Source of the DNA: Nitrospirota bacterium
GTDB taxonomy: Bacteria > Nitrospirota > Thermodesulfovibrionia > Thermodesulfovibrionales > UBA6898
Direction: 5' to 3'
Length of the DNA stretch: 64,000 nucleotides
NCBI GenBank assembly: GCA_040753635.1
Contig: JBFMDL010000001.1
Coordinates: 3,714 to 67,713 of the forward strand
Shown in pieces: positions 36,291-45,135 of the stretch. The translations under genes and the position numbers were made by a program. The notes beneath the pieces are model-generated. The model was given only the letters and a program-made list of their open reading frames with translations. It searched no databases and had not been told where the DNA came from. Within the stretch, counting starts at the first letter, position 1. Each line of letters starts with the position of its first letter.

Positions 36291-36659
36291 ATGCAGAAGA
36301 AAAAAATCTTAATAGTGGATGATTCGGAACAGACAAGAAAATCACTCAGAGATATACTTGAAAAATATAAATTGAATGTTGTCGGGGAATCAAATAACGG
36401 CGCCGAGGCCATCAAGCTTTTTTCCAGTCTGTCTCCGGATATTATAATGCTCGATATAATAATGCCCCAGCTTGGCGGCATAGAAACATTAAGGATACTC
36501 AGGTCCCTAAACAAGGATGTTAAAATAATCATGGTCAGCGCCCTTGATTCTATGGACAGAGTAAAGGAATGCATGAAAGCAGGCGCAAACCATTATATCC
36601 TGAAGCCTTTTGAAGAAGGAAAGGTGATGGAGATTTTAAAAAAGGTTGCAGGCGTATAG
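36291..36659 (+). CDS. Response regulator, single receiver domain (CheY-like)
   Basis: KILIVDDS, the phospho-acceptor context IMLDIIMP, MVSA and a conserved K (ILKP). The protein is 122 aa. Confidence 0.85.
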   Translation: MQKKKILIVDDSEQTRKSLRDILEKYKLNVVGESNNGAEAIKLFSSLSPDIIMLDIIMPQLGGIETLRILRSLNKDVKIIMVSALDSMDRVKECMKAGANHYILKPFEEGKVMEILKKVAGV

Positions 36660-36686
36660 TCTGGATTTTAATCCCGGCCAATATGA

Positions 36687-37097
36687 TTATTCGTTCTTGA
36701 CCTCAATCTTTATCTCTTCAACATTTCCTTCAATAATCTCAAATGCTCTGATCTCCGGCCTGTCTTTGTCGGCAAGACCGACTATCACGTAAACAACATC
36801 TGAATAAAAGGCGAGATTAACATCCCTGGCAGAAGGGTATGGCAGGGAATGAGGATGTGAATGGTAGATGGCTACCATCTTTTTACCCTCGTTTCTTATT
36901 TCTTTCATCACCCTGAACTGTTCTCCAGGGTCCATCATATAGGTTACATTTGAGTTATCAATGTTCGTCATTTCATATGCTTTTTCGACAAGCTGATCCT
37001 TGCCTGCGATTATTCCGCATGCCTCATTGGGATATGCCGCCCTGCAATGGGCGATTATCCTGTCGATGAGACCCCTTGCAATATTCAGCATGGTCAT
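36687..37097 (-). CDS. JAMM/MPN+ metalloprotease (Mov34/Mec+ family)
   Basis: The motif EACGII...HSHPHSLPYPSARD is E..HxHx7Sx2D. The protein is 136 aa. Confidence 0.8.
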   Translation of the reverse strand: MTMLNIARGLIDRIIAHCRAAYPNEACGIIAGKDQLVEKAYEMTNIDNSNVTYMMDPGEQFRVMKEIRNEGKKMVAIYHSHPHSLPYPSARDVNLAFYSDVVYVIVGLADKDRPEIRAFEIIEGNVEEIKIEVKNE

Positions 37098-37121
37098 AAG
37101 GAGATATTCTCAGGACGTCGA

Positions 37122-37925
37122 TTACTGTATTGTGCAGTAGCCTTCATTATAATCGATAAGTTCTGTGATTGTCGGAGATTCTCCGCATACAGGACATGAC
37201 GGGTTCCTGGGAATCTTTACCTTTCTGAATGTAGTTTTGAGAGCGTTGTATATAAGGAGATCTCCATTCAGAGACTCTCCTTTCCCAAGCACCAGTTTAA
37301 GCACCTCTGTGGCCTGAAGTCCTCCGATAACACCCGGCAAAACGCCGAGGACGCCTGCTTCCTGGCATGAAGGCACAAGGCCGGGAGGCGGAGGTTCCTC
37401 AAAAAGACACCTGTAGCACGGTCCTTTACCGGGGATTATTGTTGTAACCTGACCTTCAAACCTTAAAATAGCCCCGCTCACCAAAGGTTTCCCGGCCATT
37501 ACACAGGCATCATTAACAAGATATCTCGTCGGAAAATTATCACTGCCGTCGACCACAACATCATAATCCCTGATCAAGTCTATGATATCATCCTTTGAAA
37601 TCCTCTTTCTGAGCGCAATTATATTAACATCAGGGTTAAGGGCCTCAAATGTCTTCTTTGCAGACTCAACCTTGGGCATGCCTATTGTGTTTACGCTATG
37701 AGCGATCTGTCTCTGGAGATTGCTCATTTCTACCGTATCGTTGTCGATAATCGCTATTGTTCCGATGCCTGCTGCGGTAAGGTAATAACCGACAGGGCAC
37801 CCCAGCCCGCCGGCGCCCACAATAAAAACCTTTGCATTAGCTATCTTTGCCTGACCCTTCCCTCCCACTTCAGGAAGTATTATATGTCTGCTGTATCTCA
37901 ATAACTGGTCTTCTGTAAAATCCAT
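37122..37925 (-). CDS. MoeB/ThiF/HesA-family E1-like adenylyltransferase
   Basis: RYSRHI.., the nucleotide loop GAGGLGCP, and two CxxC pairs (CYRC, CPVC). No rhodanese domain is present. Confidence 0.85.
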   Translation of the reverse strand: MDFTEDQLLRYSRHIILPEVGGKGQAKIANAKVFIVGAGGLGCPVGYYLTAAGIGTIAIIDNDTVEMSNLQRQIAHSVNTIGMPKVESAKKTFEALNPDVNIIALRKRISKDDIIDLIRDYDVVVDGSDNFPTRYLVNDACVMAGKPLVSGAILRFEGQVTTIIPGKGPCYRCLFEEPPPPGLVPSCQEAGVLGVLPGVIGGLQATEVLKLVLGKGESLNGDLLIYNALKTTFRKVKIPRNPSCPVCGESPTITELIDYNEGYCTIQ

Positions 37926-38176
37926 CAGTCTTTATCCTTTCTAATAACTAAAATCCAGTCGGTATCATTGATCTTTTCGACCTTCAGCACCTTCTGTCCA
38001 TGGTCTTCCATGGACTTCGGAATGCTTCTGGACGCCTCTTCATAATCAAGAAGTATCTCGAGAACCTGACCGACTTCCATTGATTCTATCGCGAGCTTTG
38101 CCTTGACAAACGTATAAGGACAGACAAGACCTTTAATATTAATGCTCTTATCGGGAGTAATTTCTTCCATATGCAC
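37925..38176 (-). CDS. TusA/SirA-like sulfurtransferase
   Basis: INIKGLVCPYTFVKAKLAIE contains the active-site Cys context. The protein is 83 aa. Its stop overlaps the start of the moeB-like gene. Confidence 0.75.
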   Translation of the reverse strand: MHMEEITPDKSINIKGLVCPYTFVKAKLAIESMEVGQVLEILLDYEEASRSIPKSMEDHGQKVLKVEKINDTDWILVIRKDKD

Positions 38177-38299
38177 CTCTTTCCTGATCGTTACCTCTTT
38201 TGTCTTTTTTATATTTTAACCCGATTTAAAAAAAATAAAAACACTTCTTAAACGGGTATGATCTTTTTATAGCTAATTGAACCGGGAACGAAAAAAGCC

Positions 38300-39592
38300 T
38301 TATTCTTTCCCTTCAACCCTTATAAAAACCGTGTTCCCGGCTACAACAGACAGCCTGTTTATCTCTTTGACAGCCCTGGCAACATTCTTCTCTCTTGCCT
38401 TGTGGGTAAGGATTACCAGTGGAACAGCCTTCCCTTCCCTCCTGCCCTTCTGGATAACAGAAGCTATGCTGATATTGTATTTCCCGAGTATGCCGGATAT
38501 CTTCGAAAGCACCCCGGGCTTATCAAGGGCTGAAAATCTGAAATAATACATTGACTCAACATCATCCATCTTCATCAGATTTGCCTTACCGTGAGCCCCT
38601 GCCTTTACAGGCATTTCCCATGTTGAATGATGCATTATATTTTTTGCAATGTCCACTATGTCACTGACGACAGCGCTGCCTGTAGGCATATCGCCGGCCC
38701 CTCTTCCGTAATAAAGTGTGGCGCCAACCGCATCCCCTTCAACATAAATCGCATTATAAACGCCATCGACTTTTGATATCAGATATTCTTCAGGTATCAT
38801 GGTAGGATGCACCCTCAGTTCAACTTTTCCTCCGGTCTCCTTTGCGATAGCAAGAAGCTTTATTTTATAACCCAGCTCCAGTGCAAACTCAATGTCCATG
38901 GGCGAAAGCCATGATATGCCTTCTGTATAAACATGCTTCAGGGAAAATTGAGAGTCATATGAAAGTGAAGCGAGGATCGCCAGTTTATGAGCCGAGTCTA
39001 AACCTTCAATATCATACGCAGGGTCAGCCTCTGCATATCCGAGTCTCTGGGCTTCCCTGAGAACATCGGAAAATTCCGCTTTTTCCTCTGTCATTTTTGT
39101 GAGTATATAATTTGTTGTTCCGTTTATTATTCCGTAAACAGCCTTTATTCTGTTCGCTACAAGGCCTTCGCGTATGACCTTGATAATCGGAATGCCACCG
39201 GCAACGGATGCTTCAAAGCCTACCTCAACCCTGTGTTTTTGGGCTGTCTTGAATATCTCACTGCCATGCGTTGCAAGCAATGCCTTGTTTGCCGTAACCA
39301 CATGTTTTTTATTTTCCATGGCGGCGAGAATGATATCCTTTGCAGTAGTGATTCCGCCTATAAGCTCAACAATAATATGGATGTCAGGGTCAGTTATCAG
39401 TTCGTATGCCTCAGCAGTAAGCATGCCTTCGGGCAATTTAATACCCCTGTCTCTTTTTATATCTAAGTCAGCAATCCTTTTAAGATTAATTGATATGCCG
39501 GTTCTCTCCTTAAGAAGACGCCTGTTCTTAAGGAGTATTCTGACTGTGCCTGCGCCAACTGTTCCAAAACCGATTATTCCTACATTAATCAT
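38300..39592 (-). CDS. hom: Homoserine dehydrogenase
   Basis: N-terminal Rossmann motif GIIGFGTVG, a catalytic domain and a C-terminal ACT domain. The protein is 430 aa. Confidence 0.9.
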   Translation of the reverse strand: MINVGIIGFGTVGAGTVRILLKNRRLLKERTGISINLKRIADLDIKRDRGIKLPEGMLTAEAYELITDPDIHIIVELIGGITTAKDIILAAMENKKHVVTANKALLATHGSEIFKTAQKHRVEVGFEASVAGGIPIIKVIREGLVANRIKAVYGIINGTTNYILTKMTEEKAEFSDVLREAQRLGYAEADPAYDIEGLDSAHKLAILASLSYDSQFSLKHVYTEGISWLSPMDIEFALELGYKIKLLAIAKETGGKVELRVHPTMIPEEYLISKVDGVYNAIYVEGDAVGATLYYGRGAGDMPTGSAVVSDIVDIAKNIMHHSTWEMPVKAGAHGKANLMKMDDVESMYYFRFSALDKPGVLSKISGILGKYNISIASVIQKGRREGKAVPLVILTHKAREKNVARAVKEINRLSVVAGNTVFIRVEGKE

Positions 39593-40764
39593 CTGTTCAG
39601 GACCTTTTTAATCCCTTTTGTCGCCTGCCTTATCCTGTGCTCATTTTCAACAAGTGCGAACCTTACATAATTATCTCCGCCTTCACCGAATCCTATCCCC
39701 GGGGATACGGCAACCCCGCCTTTTTTCAGGAGAAGCTTGCAAAATTCCAGAGAGCCCATTTTTTTGAATGCATCAGGAATTTCTGCCCATGCGAACATGG
39801 TCGCCCTTGGAGGTTCAATTATCCAGCCCGCCTGTTTGAGCCCTTTTATGAGCACGTTCCTTCTTCTCTCATATACTCTCCTTATCTCCTCTACGCAATC
39901 CTGCTGACCGCGCAATGCTATCACGCTGGAAATCTGTATCGGCTGGAACATGCCGTAATCCAGATAGCTCTTGATCTGTATCAATGCGCCCACTATTTCT
40001 TTGTTCCCGACACAAAAGCCCACTCTCCAGCCGGCCATGTTGTAACTTTTGGTCAGCGAAAAAAATTCGACTCCGACATCCTTTGCTCCAGGGACCTGAA
40101 GGAAACTCGGCGCCTTGTAATCATCAAAAACAAGATCTGCGTAAGCAAGGTCGTGCAAAACCATTATCTTGTTCTCCTTCGCAAAATCCACGATCCTTTT
40201 AAAAAAATCAAGGCCTTCAACTACCTGCGTAGTAGGGTTATGAGGAAAGTTTATTATCAACATCTTTGGTCTCGGCCAGGTTGTTTTGTATGCCTTTTCC
40301 ATTTCTTCAAAAAAATCTATCCCGGGTCCTATGGGGATCGTCCTCACCTCGCCTCCGGCAATAATTACACTGTATGGATGAATCGGATATGCAGGCGTAG
40401 GTGTCATTACAACGTCTCCCGGGACAACTGTTGCAAGCACAAGATGAGACAAACCTTCTTTAGACCCGATCGTCACTACAGCTTCTGATTCCGGGTCAAG
40501 AGTGACGTCATACCGCCTTTTGTACCACTCGCATATCGCCATTCTTAACTGGGTGATGCCTTTTGATGCTGAGTACCTGTGATTCCTGGGCTTTCTGGCG
40601 GCTTCCACCAGCTTGTCGACTATATGTTTCGGAGTTGGGCCATCCGGGTTTCCCATCCCAAGATCAATAATATCTTCCCCTCTTCTCCTTGCTTCCATTT
40701 TAAGACTATTCACTATTGCAAATACATACGGCGGCAGCCTTTTAATCCTGTTGAATTCAAACAT
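39589..40764 (-). CDS. Class I/II PLP-dependent aminotransferase (AlaA/AlaC / LL-DAP-type)
   Basis: [12 protein letters not shown]...GMGNPD and the [17 protein letters not shown]-lysine motif are present. The start was chosen at MFEFNRIK, 2 nt after the lipA stop. Confidence 0.85.
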   Translation of the reverse strand: MFEFNRIKRLPPYVFAIVNSLKMEARRRGEDIIDLGMGNPDGPTPKHIVDKLVEAARKPRNHRYSASKGITQLRMAICEWYKRRYDVTLDPESEAVVTIGSKEGLSHLVLATVVPGDVVMTPTPAYPIHPYSVIIAGGEVRTIPIGPGIDFFEEMEKAYKTTWPRPKMLIINFPHNPTTQVVEGLDFFKRIVDFAKENKIMVLHDLAYADLVFDDYKAPSFLQVPGAKDVGVEFFSLTKSYNMAGWRVGFCVGNKEIVGALIQIKSYLDYGMFQPIQISSVIALRGQQDCVEEIRRVYERRRNVLIKGLKQAGWIIEPPRATMFAWAEIPDAFKKMGSLEFCKLLLKKGGVAVSPGIGFGEGGDNYVRFALVENEHRIRQATKGIKKVLNR

Positions 40765-41599
40765 GTTCGTACATCTCCTCTGCATTCATTGAGCTCCTTA
40801 CAAGGGGTCCGGAAGCTGCGTATTTAAAGCCCATGTCAAGAGCCTTTTGTTTTAAATCCACAAACACATCAGGTTCAATATATTCAACCACTGGAAGATT
40901 ATTCCTTGTAGGCCTTAAATACTGTCCTATTGTAACAAAATCACATCCAACTTTCCGCAAATCTTCAAGAAGATCCATGATTTCTTCGTATTTTTCTCCT
41001 AATCCCAGCATAAACCCCGATTTGATATATATATCAGCAACAAAATCCTTTGCCTGCTTCAGTATCTTTAAAGATCGCTCATAATCAGCGTCCGGCCTGA
41101 CAGCGGGATATAGCCTTTTGACTGTTTCAATATTGTGATTAAACACATCAGGCCCTGCGTCAAGCACCTTTCTCAGGGCGTCGGTATCTCCCATGAAATC
41201 AGGTGTCAGCACTTCAATTTTTATATCGGGTATACGTTTTCTCAGGGAAATTATTGTTTTTGCAAAATGCCCTGCCCCCCCGTCGGGGAGATCATCTCTT
41301 GTTACGGAAGTGACAACAACATATCTGAGTCCCATTTCTTCAGCAGCGAGCGCTATATTTTCCGGCTCATGTTTATCTACAGGAACAGGACTGGAATAAC
41401 TTACAGAGCAGAAGCCGCAGTTCCTTGTGCAATTAGTTCCGAGTATCATAAAGGTTGCGGTGGGCCTGGAAAAACATTCAGATCTATTGGGACATCTGGC
41501 TTCTTCACATACTGTAGAAAGAGCATGCCTTCGCAATAAATGTTTAGTTTCGTGAAGATCAGCATGATTATGTGTTTTTATCCAGTCAGGAAGCCTCAT
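40757..41599 (-). CDS. lipA: Lipoyl synthase
   Basis: CEEARCPN plus the radical-SAM motif CTRNCGFC, with the LipA C-terminal region. Confidence 0.9.
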   Translation of the reverse strand: MRLPDWIKTHNHADLHETKHLLRRHALSTVCEEARCPNRSECFSRPTATFMILGTNCTRNCGFCSVSYSSPVPVDKHEPENIALAAEEMGLRYVVVTSVTRDDLPDGGAGHFAKTIISLRKRIPDIKIEVLTPDFMGDTDALRKVLDAGPDVFNHNIETVKRLYPAVRPDADYERSLKILKQAKDFVADIYIKSGFMLGLGEKYEEIMDLLEDLRKVGCDFVTIGQYLRPTRNNLPVVEYIEPDVFVDLKQKALDMGFKYAASGPLVRSSMNAEEMYEHV

Positions 41600-41640
41600 A
41601 AGTTATAAACATAAAAGAATTATTAAACTTTGTCAAATAT

Positions 41641-41676
41641 AAAAAAAGGCCGGTCTTTTAGAAGACCGGCCTTTTG
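41641..41676 (-). terminator. Rho-independent terminator (bidirectional shape) after csp
   Basis: GGCCGGTCTT (41648-41657) pairs with AAGACCGGCC (41662-41671). The hairpin is flanked by A7 upstream and T4 downstream, and the minus strand reads hairpin followed by T7. Confidence 0.8.
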
Positions 41677-41703
41677 ATCAAAAGGTGTTATTACAGGTTT
41701 CCT

Positions 41704-41907
41704 TTATAGTTTTACAACATTGACCGCCTTGGGCCCTTTACCTCCCTCTTCTATATCGAACTTTACTCTCTGACCCTCAGAAAGCGTTTTAAATCCATCG
41801 TCTAATATTGATGAGTAATGGACAAAAACATCCGGACCGTCATCCTGCTGAATAAAGCCGTATCCTTTCTTCTCATTAAACCACTTGATTGTTCCTTCTA
41901 CTGACAT
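41704..41907 (-). CDS. cspA: Cold-shock protein, CspA family
   Basis: [15 protein letters not shown] (RNP1) and DVFVHYS (RNP2). The start was chosen at MSVEG, preceded by an AAGGAGG RBS. Confidence 0.9.
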   Translation of the reverse strand: MSVEGTIKWFNEKKGYGFIQQDDGPDVFVHYSSILDDGFKTLSEGQRVKFDIEEGGKGPKAVNVVKL

Positions 41908-41972
41908 CTCTCTATTATTCCTCCTTATCCCTTTATAGGGAACTTCGTTTACCCCGATAGACGGGGTAAGAT

Positions 41973-42001
41973 TATATAACACGCAAATTCAGCGTTGTCA
42001 A
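41973..42001 (-). promoter_or_regulatory. Putative strong sigma70 promoter of csp (TTGACA-N17-TATATA with an upstream TG)
   Basis: On the minus strand, TTGACA lies at 42001-41996 and TGtTATATA ends at 41973. The ~65-nt leader contains the hairpins TACCCCG/CGGGGTA and TCCCT/AGGGA. Confidence 0.5.
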
Positions 42002-42033
42002 GCCTCATGGTCTCTTGACATATAGTATAGTAT

Positions 42034-42570
42034 TCAACCCGCGCTGAAAAAATTAATAGCCTCTTTTACCTTTTCAAGATCTACCGAGGTGTTGAAACAT
42101 GGGCCATAAGGTCTCACGTTTGAAATGCCTATTATCGGGATGGGATAGGTGTCGACCAGTCCGCTGGAAAGGTCTCTTTCACACGCTACCGCTACAATGG
42201 CTCCCGGTTTTGCTTCTTTGACTATCTTTCTTGCAATAGTGCCGCCTGTTGCTACAAACAGGTCAAGGTTATTTTCATCGGCAATTTCTATCAGATCCTT
42301 TATTTCACATCTCCCGCACCTCTCACAATTATAAATATTATGAGTAAGCCTTATAGTGCATTCGTTTATCTGCAGGCAGTGCGGAAGCAATAACAGTATT
42401 TTCTTTGTTTTGGGCCTTTCTCCCCGCACGAGTCTGTTATTCAAACTTATGACGATTCTCTGAAAACCTTCTTTTTGCCCCTTTAAAAAGGCCCCTGCGA
42501 ACATAAGAAGAGGATATAATAACCTTAGGAGCAAACCTCTCATTATTTTATGATACGTCAAAAGATACAC
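42034..42570 (-). CDS. DUF116 domain-containing protein
   Basis: LLLPHCLQ...C..CGRCEI...FVATGGT..., which is the typical DUF116 Cys pattern. The start may instead be the ATG at 42543. Confidence 0.75.
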   Translation of the reverse strand: MYLLTYHKIMRGLLLRLLYPLLMFAGAFLKGQKEGFQRIVISLNNRLVRGERPKTKKILLLLPHCLQINECTIRLTHNIYNCERCGRCEIKDLIEIADENNLDLFVATGGTIARKIVKEAKPGAIVAVACERDLSSGLVDTYPIPIIGISNVRPYGPCFNTSVDLEKVKEAINFFSAG

Positions 42571-43480
42571 CCTCTCTCAAACGCCTTCCATTCATAAATG
42601 CCCCCCCGCTCATGGATCTCTTGCCTTCGGGTCTTAATTCCAGAATAGATATTATTCCTTCCCCTGTACCTACAAACATCTCTTCATTAAAAAGTCTTTC
42701 GATCCTTCCGGGCACTGTGCTTCCGGTATGTTCGATAACTCCCGCCTTTGTAATAATAATCTTTTCGTTATTAAGATAACAATATGCCCCGGGCCACGGA
42801 TAAGTACCCCTTATAAGATTAAAAATCTCCCTGGATTTTGATGACCAGTCTATCCTTCCGTCCTCCTTCTTTAGAGGAGGCGCATAGCTCGGCTCACCTT
42901 TCTGTTTTAGAGGTTCTATCGAATTGTCTTTCAACCCCCTGAGAGTCCTTATCAGTAGAGACGCACCCGATTCAGAAAGCTTTTTCCCCAAAGTATATGC
43001 ATTGTCTTCGTCATCGATTTCTGTTTCTTCCTGCAAAAGAATATCCCCTGTGTCGAGCCCTTCATCCATAAGCATTGTCGTAACACCTGTCCTGTCTTCT
43101 CCTCTTATTATCGCCCATTGTATCGGCGCTGCTCCTCTGTACTTGGGCAATAACGATGCATGAACATTAATGCATCCCCGGGGAGGGAGTTTCAGGATCG
43201 ACAGCGGGATTATCTTCCCGTAGGCAACAACTACTATCATTTCCGGCTTTAACTCCGAAAGCTCCTCAAGGAAATCAGCATGTCTTATTCCCGGGGGCTG
43301 CCTGACAGGGATTCCCCTTGAGACAGCCAGTTCTTTTACAGGTGGTTGTGATAATTTATGCCCTCTTCCCTTTGTTCTGTCGGGTTGTGTTACAACCGAA
43401 ATAACTTCTTCGCCTGATTCTATAAGGGCGCCAAGGGAAGGGACTGCAAAATCAGGAGTACCGAAAAAAATTATTCTCAT
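42548..43480 (-). CDS. fmt: Methionyl-tRNA formyltransferase
   Basis: MRIIFFGTPDFAVP.., HASLLPKYRGAAPIQWAI, and a C-terminal domain. Confidence 0.95.
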   Translation of the reverse strand: MRIIFFGTPDFAVPSLGALIESGEEVISVVTQPDRTKGRGHKLSQPPVKELAVSRGIPVRQPPGIRHADFLEELSELKPEMIVVVAYGKIIPLSILKLPPRGCINVHASLLPKYRGAAPIQWAIIRGEDRTGVTTMLMDEGLDTGDILLQEETEIDDEDNAYTLGKKLSESGASLLIRTLRGLKDNSIEPLKQKGEPSYAPPLKKEDGRIDWSSKSREIFNLIRGTYPWPGAYCYLNNEKIIITKAGVIEHTGSTVPGRIERLFNEEMFVGTGEGIISILELRPEGKRSMSGGAFMNGRRLREGVSFDVS

Positions 43481-43496
43481 AATTCTATAATTATTC

Positions 43497-44006
43497 TTAT
43501 CCGATGGCTTTATGGGTCTTTTTAAAGCGCTTTTTAAAAAACTCCCTTTTAATCGGGCTTATTCTGTCTATCAGGAGAATACCGTCAAGGTGATCTATCT
43601 CATGCTGCAAGGCTATTGAAAGCAAACCCTCGCCTTGTATTTCTATGTTTCTGCCTTTCCTGTCGATGGCCTTCACATAGACCTTCTCAGCCCTCTGTAA
43701 TTTTACGGTATACTCGGGAATGCTCAAGCATCCTTCCTCAAATTCAATTATGCCTTCTTTTTTTAACACCACAGGATTTATAAGCACGAATACCGGGAAT
43801 TTCGTCTCTTTAGTGCTTATGTCGATAACGGCAAGCCTCTTTGATACACCCACCTGTGGAGCGGCAAGCCCGACGCCGGGCGCAGCGCACATAGTCTCTA
43901 TCATGTCATCTATAAGGCTCTGTAAATTATCATCAAAAGAAGTCACAGGCAATGCCTTTTGATTCAATATCTTTGAAGGAAATTTTTTTATCTCCAGTAT
44001 AGCCAT
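43497..44006 (-). CDS. def: Peptide deformylase
   Basis: The GVGLAAPQ, EGCLS and HEIDHL motifs are present. Confidence 0.95.
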   Translation of the reverse strand: MAILEIKKFPSKILNQKALPVTSFDDNLQSLIDDMIETMCAAPGVGLAAPQVGVSKRLAVIDISTKETKFPVFVLINPVVLKKEGIIEFEEGCLSIPEYTVKLQRAEKVYVKAIDRKGRNIEIQGEGLLSIALQHEIDHLDGILLIDRISPIKREFFKKRFKKTHKAIG

Positions 44007-44127
44007 ATAGAATTATAAAACATTTTGACCTGTCCGGTCGATATTGCTGTCTTACCGGGCGGAAATTCCATTGGATGCAGACCCCTATCCACGGAAGTTT
44101 CCAAACAGTGTTAACACGAACGTCATA

Positions 44128-44298
44128 ATATGGAAGGCAGATGTGATGGAAAAGGACTGCCATCAACACCTTACAGCCCTAAAGCGCGGCCGGCCATCCT
44201 TTCTGTAAAATGCACTTTCAGTTAAGTCTGCATTCATGTGAATAATAATTAAATCATGTTGATTTGCAGAACTTTTACAGTGCATCTGTCTTCCATAT
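44128..44298 (+). repeat. Long imperfect inverted repeat / hairpin element (~171 nt); candidate structured RNA, possibly the same family as 5980-6153
   Basis: Positions 44128-44160 pair with 44266-44298 over 33 positions: 26 Watson-Crick, 3 G-T and 4 mismatches. All G-T pairs are G-U compatible only on the plus strand. The 5' arm shares a GAAGGC.G.ATGT...GGAAA pattern with the 5' arm of the 5980 element. Confidence 0.6.
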
Positions 44299-44398
44299 CA
44301 GGAACATGTTTTGCAACTGGAGGGTAAATATTGCAAATTATATTAAACAATGTCATCATAATTAAAAAAAATACATAATTTTATATATCATATATCTG

Positions 44399-45130
44399 AT
44401 GAAAGTGAACCCTGCTCAAAAAGAGGAAATCCCGCCCGGCAGATGCCGTGTAAACGGTATATATCGACTGATGTTTTTAATCCCTCTGCTGACTTTATTA
44501 TGCTCATGCGCCTCTCTGGGCATTTTATCCGGATTTACCTCAGGAGAACCAAAAAACAGCCTGCCCTTCATCGAGAAGGGCCTGATCGAAGAGGTTAATA
44601 CTGTGGCGGTCCCCCCTTTTTATGGAGACCGGCATAACTGGAGGCTTATAACGCAGGAAATCCTTTCTTCTGATAAAAGGATTTCCGTAATCCCGGCAAA
44701 AAAAATCGACGGCGCATTCAAGAGCATCAAAAAAGACTTAGCCTCTGTCGGAGTTGATGAAAGATCAGGGTTTTTAAGCAATACAGGAAGATTGGTCCAG
44801 TCAGATGCTGTTATTAACGGTGTTATTCTCGATAAAGACAAACGATACGAATTGATTTTACAGCTTGTCTCTTCTGAAGATTCAAGAGTCTTGTGGTGGC
44901 AGGCGGTGGAATTCAGCTTCAGAGAAGGTCATCTCTCCGCTTCCGACCAGAAATCTCTGTTGTCGAAGATCCTTTCCCCTTTGCTGATTTATATGGGCAA
45001 AAGGGATAAGCCTCCTGCAATCATATCACCGCCTGTCCATCCCAAAACCGAAATACAACCCAAAACAGGCACAAAACCGGATAAGGATTCACCCCCTTTG
45101 CCGTCACCGGCTGATATCAGCCCGATGTAG
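44399..45130 (+). CDS. Hypothetical lipoprotein with a Pro-rich C-terminal tail
   Basis: Signal/lipobox-like LLTLLCSCASLG. The true start is probably the internal MFLIPLL. The C-terminus is rich in P/K/T. I did not recognise a family. Confidence 0.5.
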   Translation: MKVNPAQKEEIPPGRCRVNGIYRLMFLIPLLTLLCSCASLGILSGFTSGEPKNSLPFIEKGLIEEVNTVAVPPFYGDRHNWRLITQEILSSDKRISVIPAKKIDGAFKSIKKDLASVGVDERSGFLSNTGRLVQSDAVINGVILDKDKRYELILQLVSSEDSRVLWWQAVEFSFREGHLSASDQKSLLSKILSPLLIYMGKRDKPPAIISPPVHPKTEIQPKTGTKPDKDSPPLPSPADISPM

Positions 45131-45135
45131 AAAAT

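Noticed and set aside
44318-44336. A sigma54-like TGG...TTGCA sequence upstream of the operon starting at 44399.
   Set aside because: The GG-to-GC spacing is 14 nt instead of the canonical 12, and the -24 element is TGGAGG rather than TGGCAC. It is not a credible RpoN promoter.
44007-44398. The possibility that the long def-upstream intergenic region encodes RNase P RNA, tmRNA or SRP RNA.
   Set aside because: None of the universally conserved motifs are present on either strand. These include GAGGAAAGUCC and ACAGAA..GGCUUA for RNase P, a tRNA-like GGGG...CCACCA end for tmRNA, and GGAAG..AGCA domain IV for SRP RNA.
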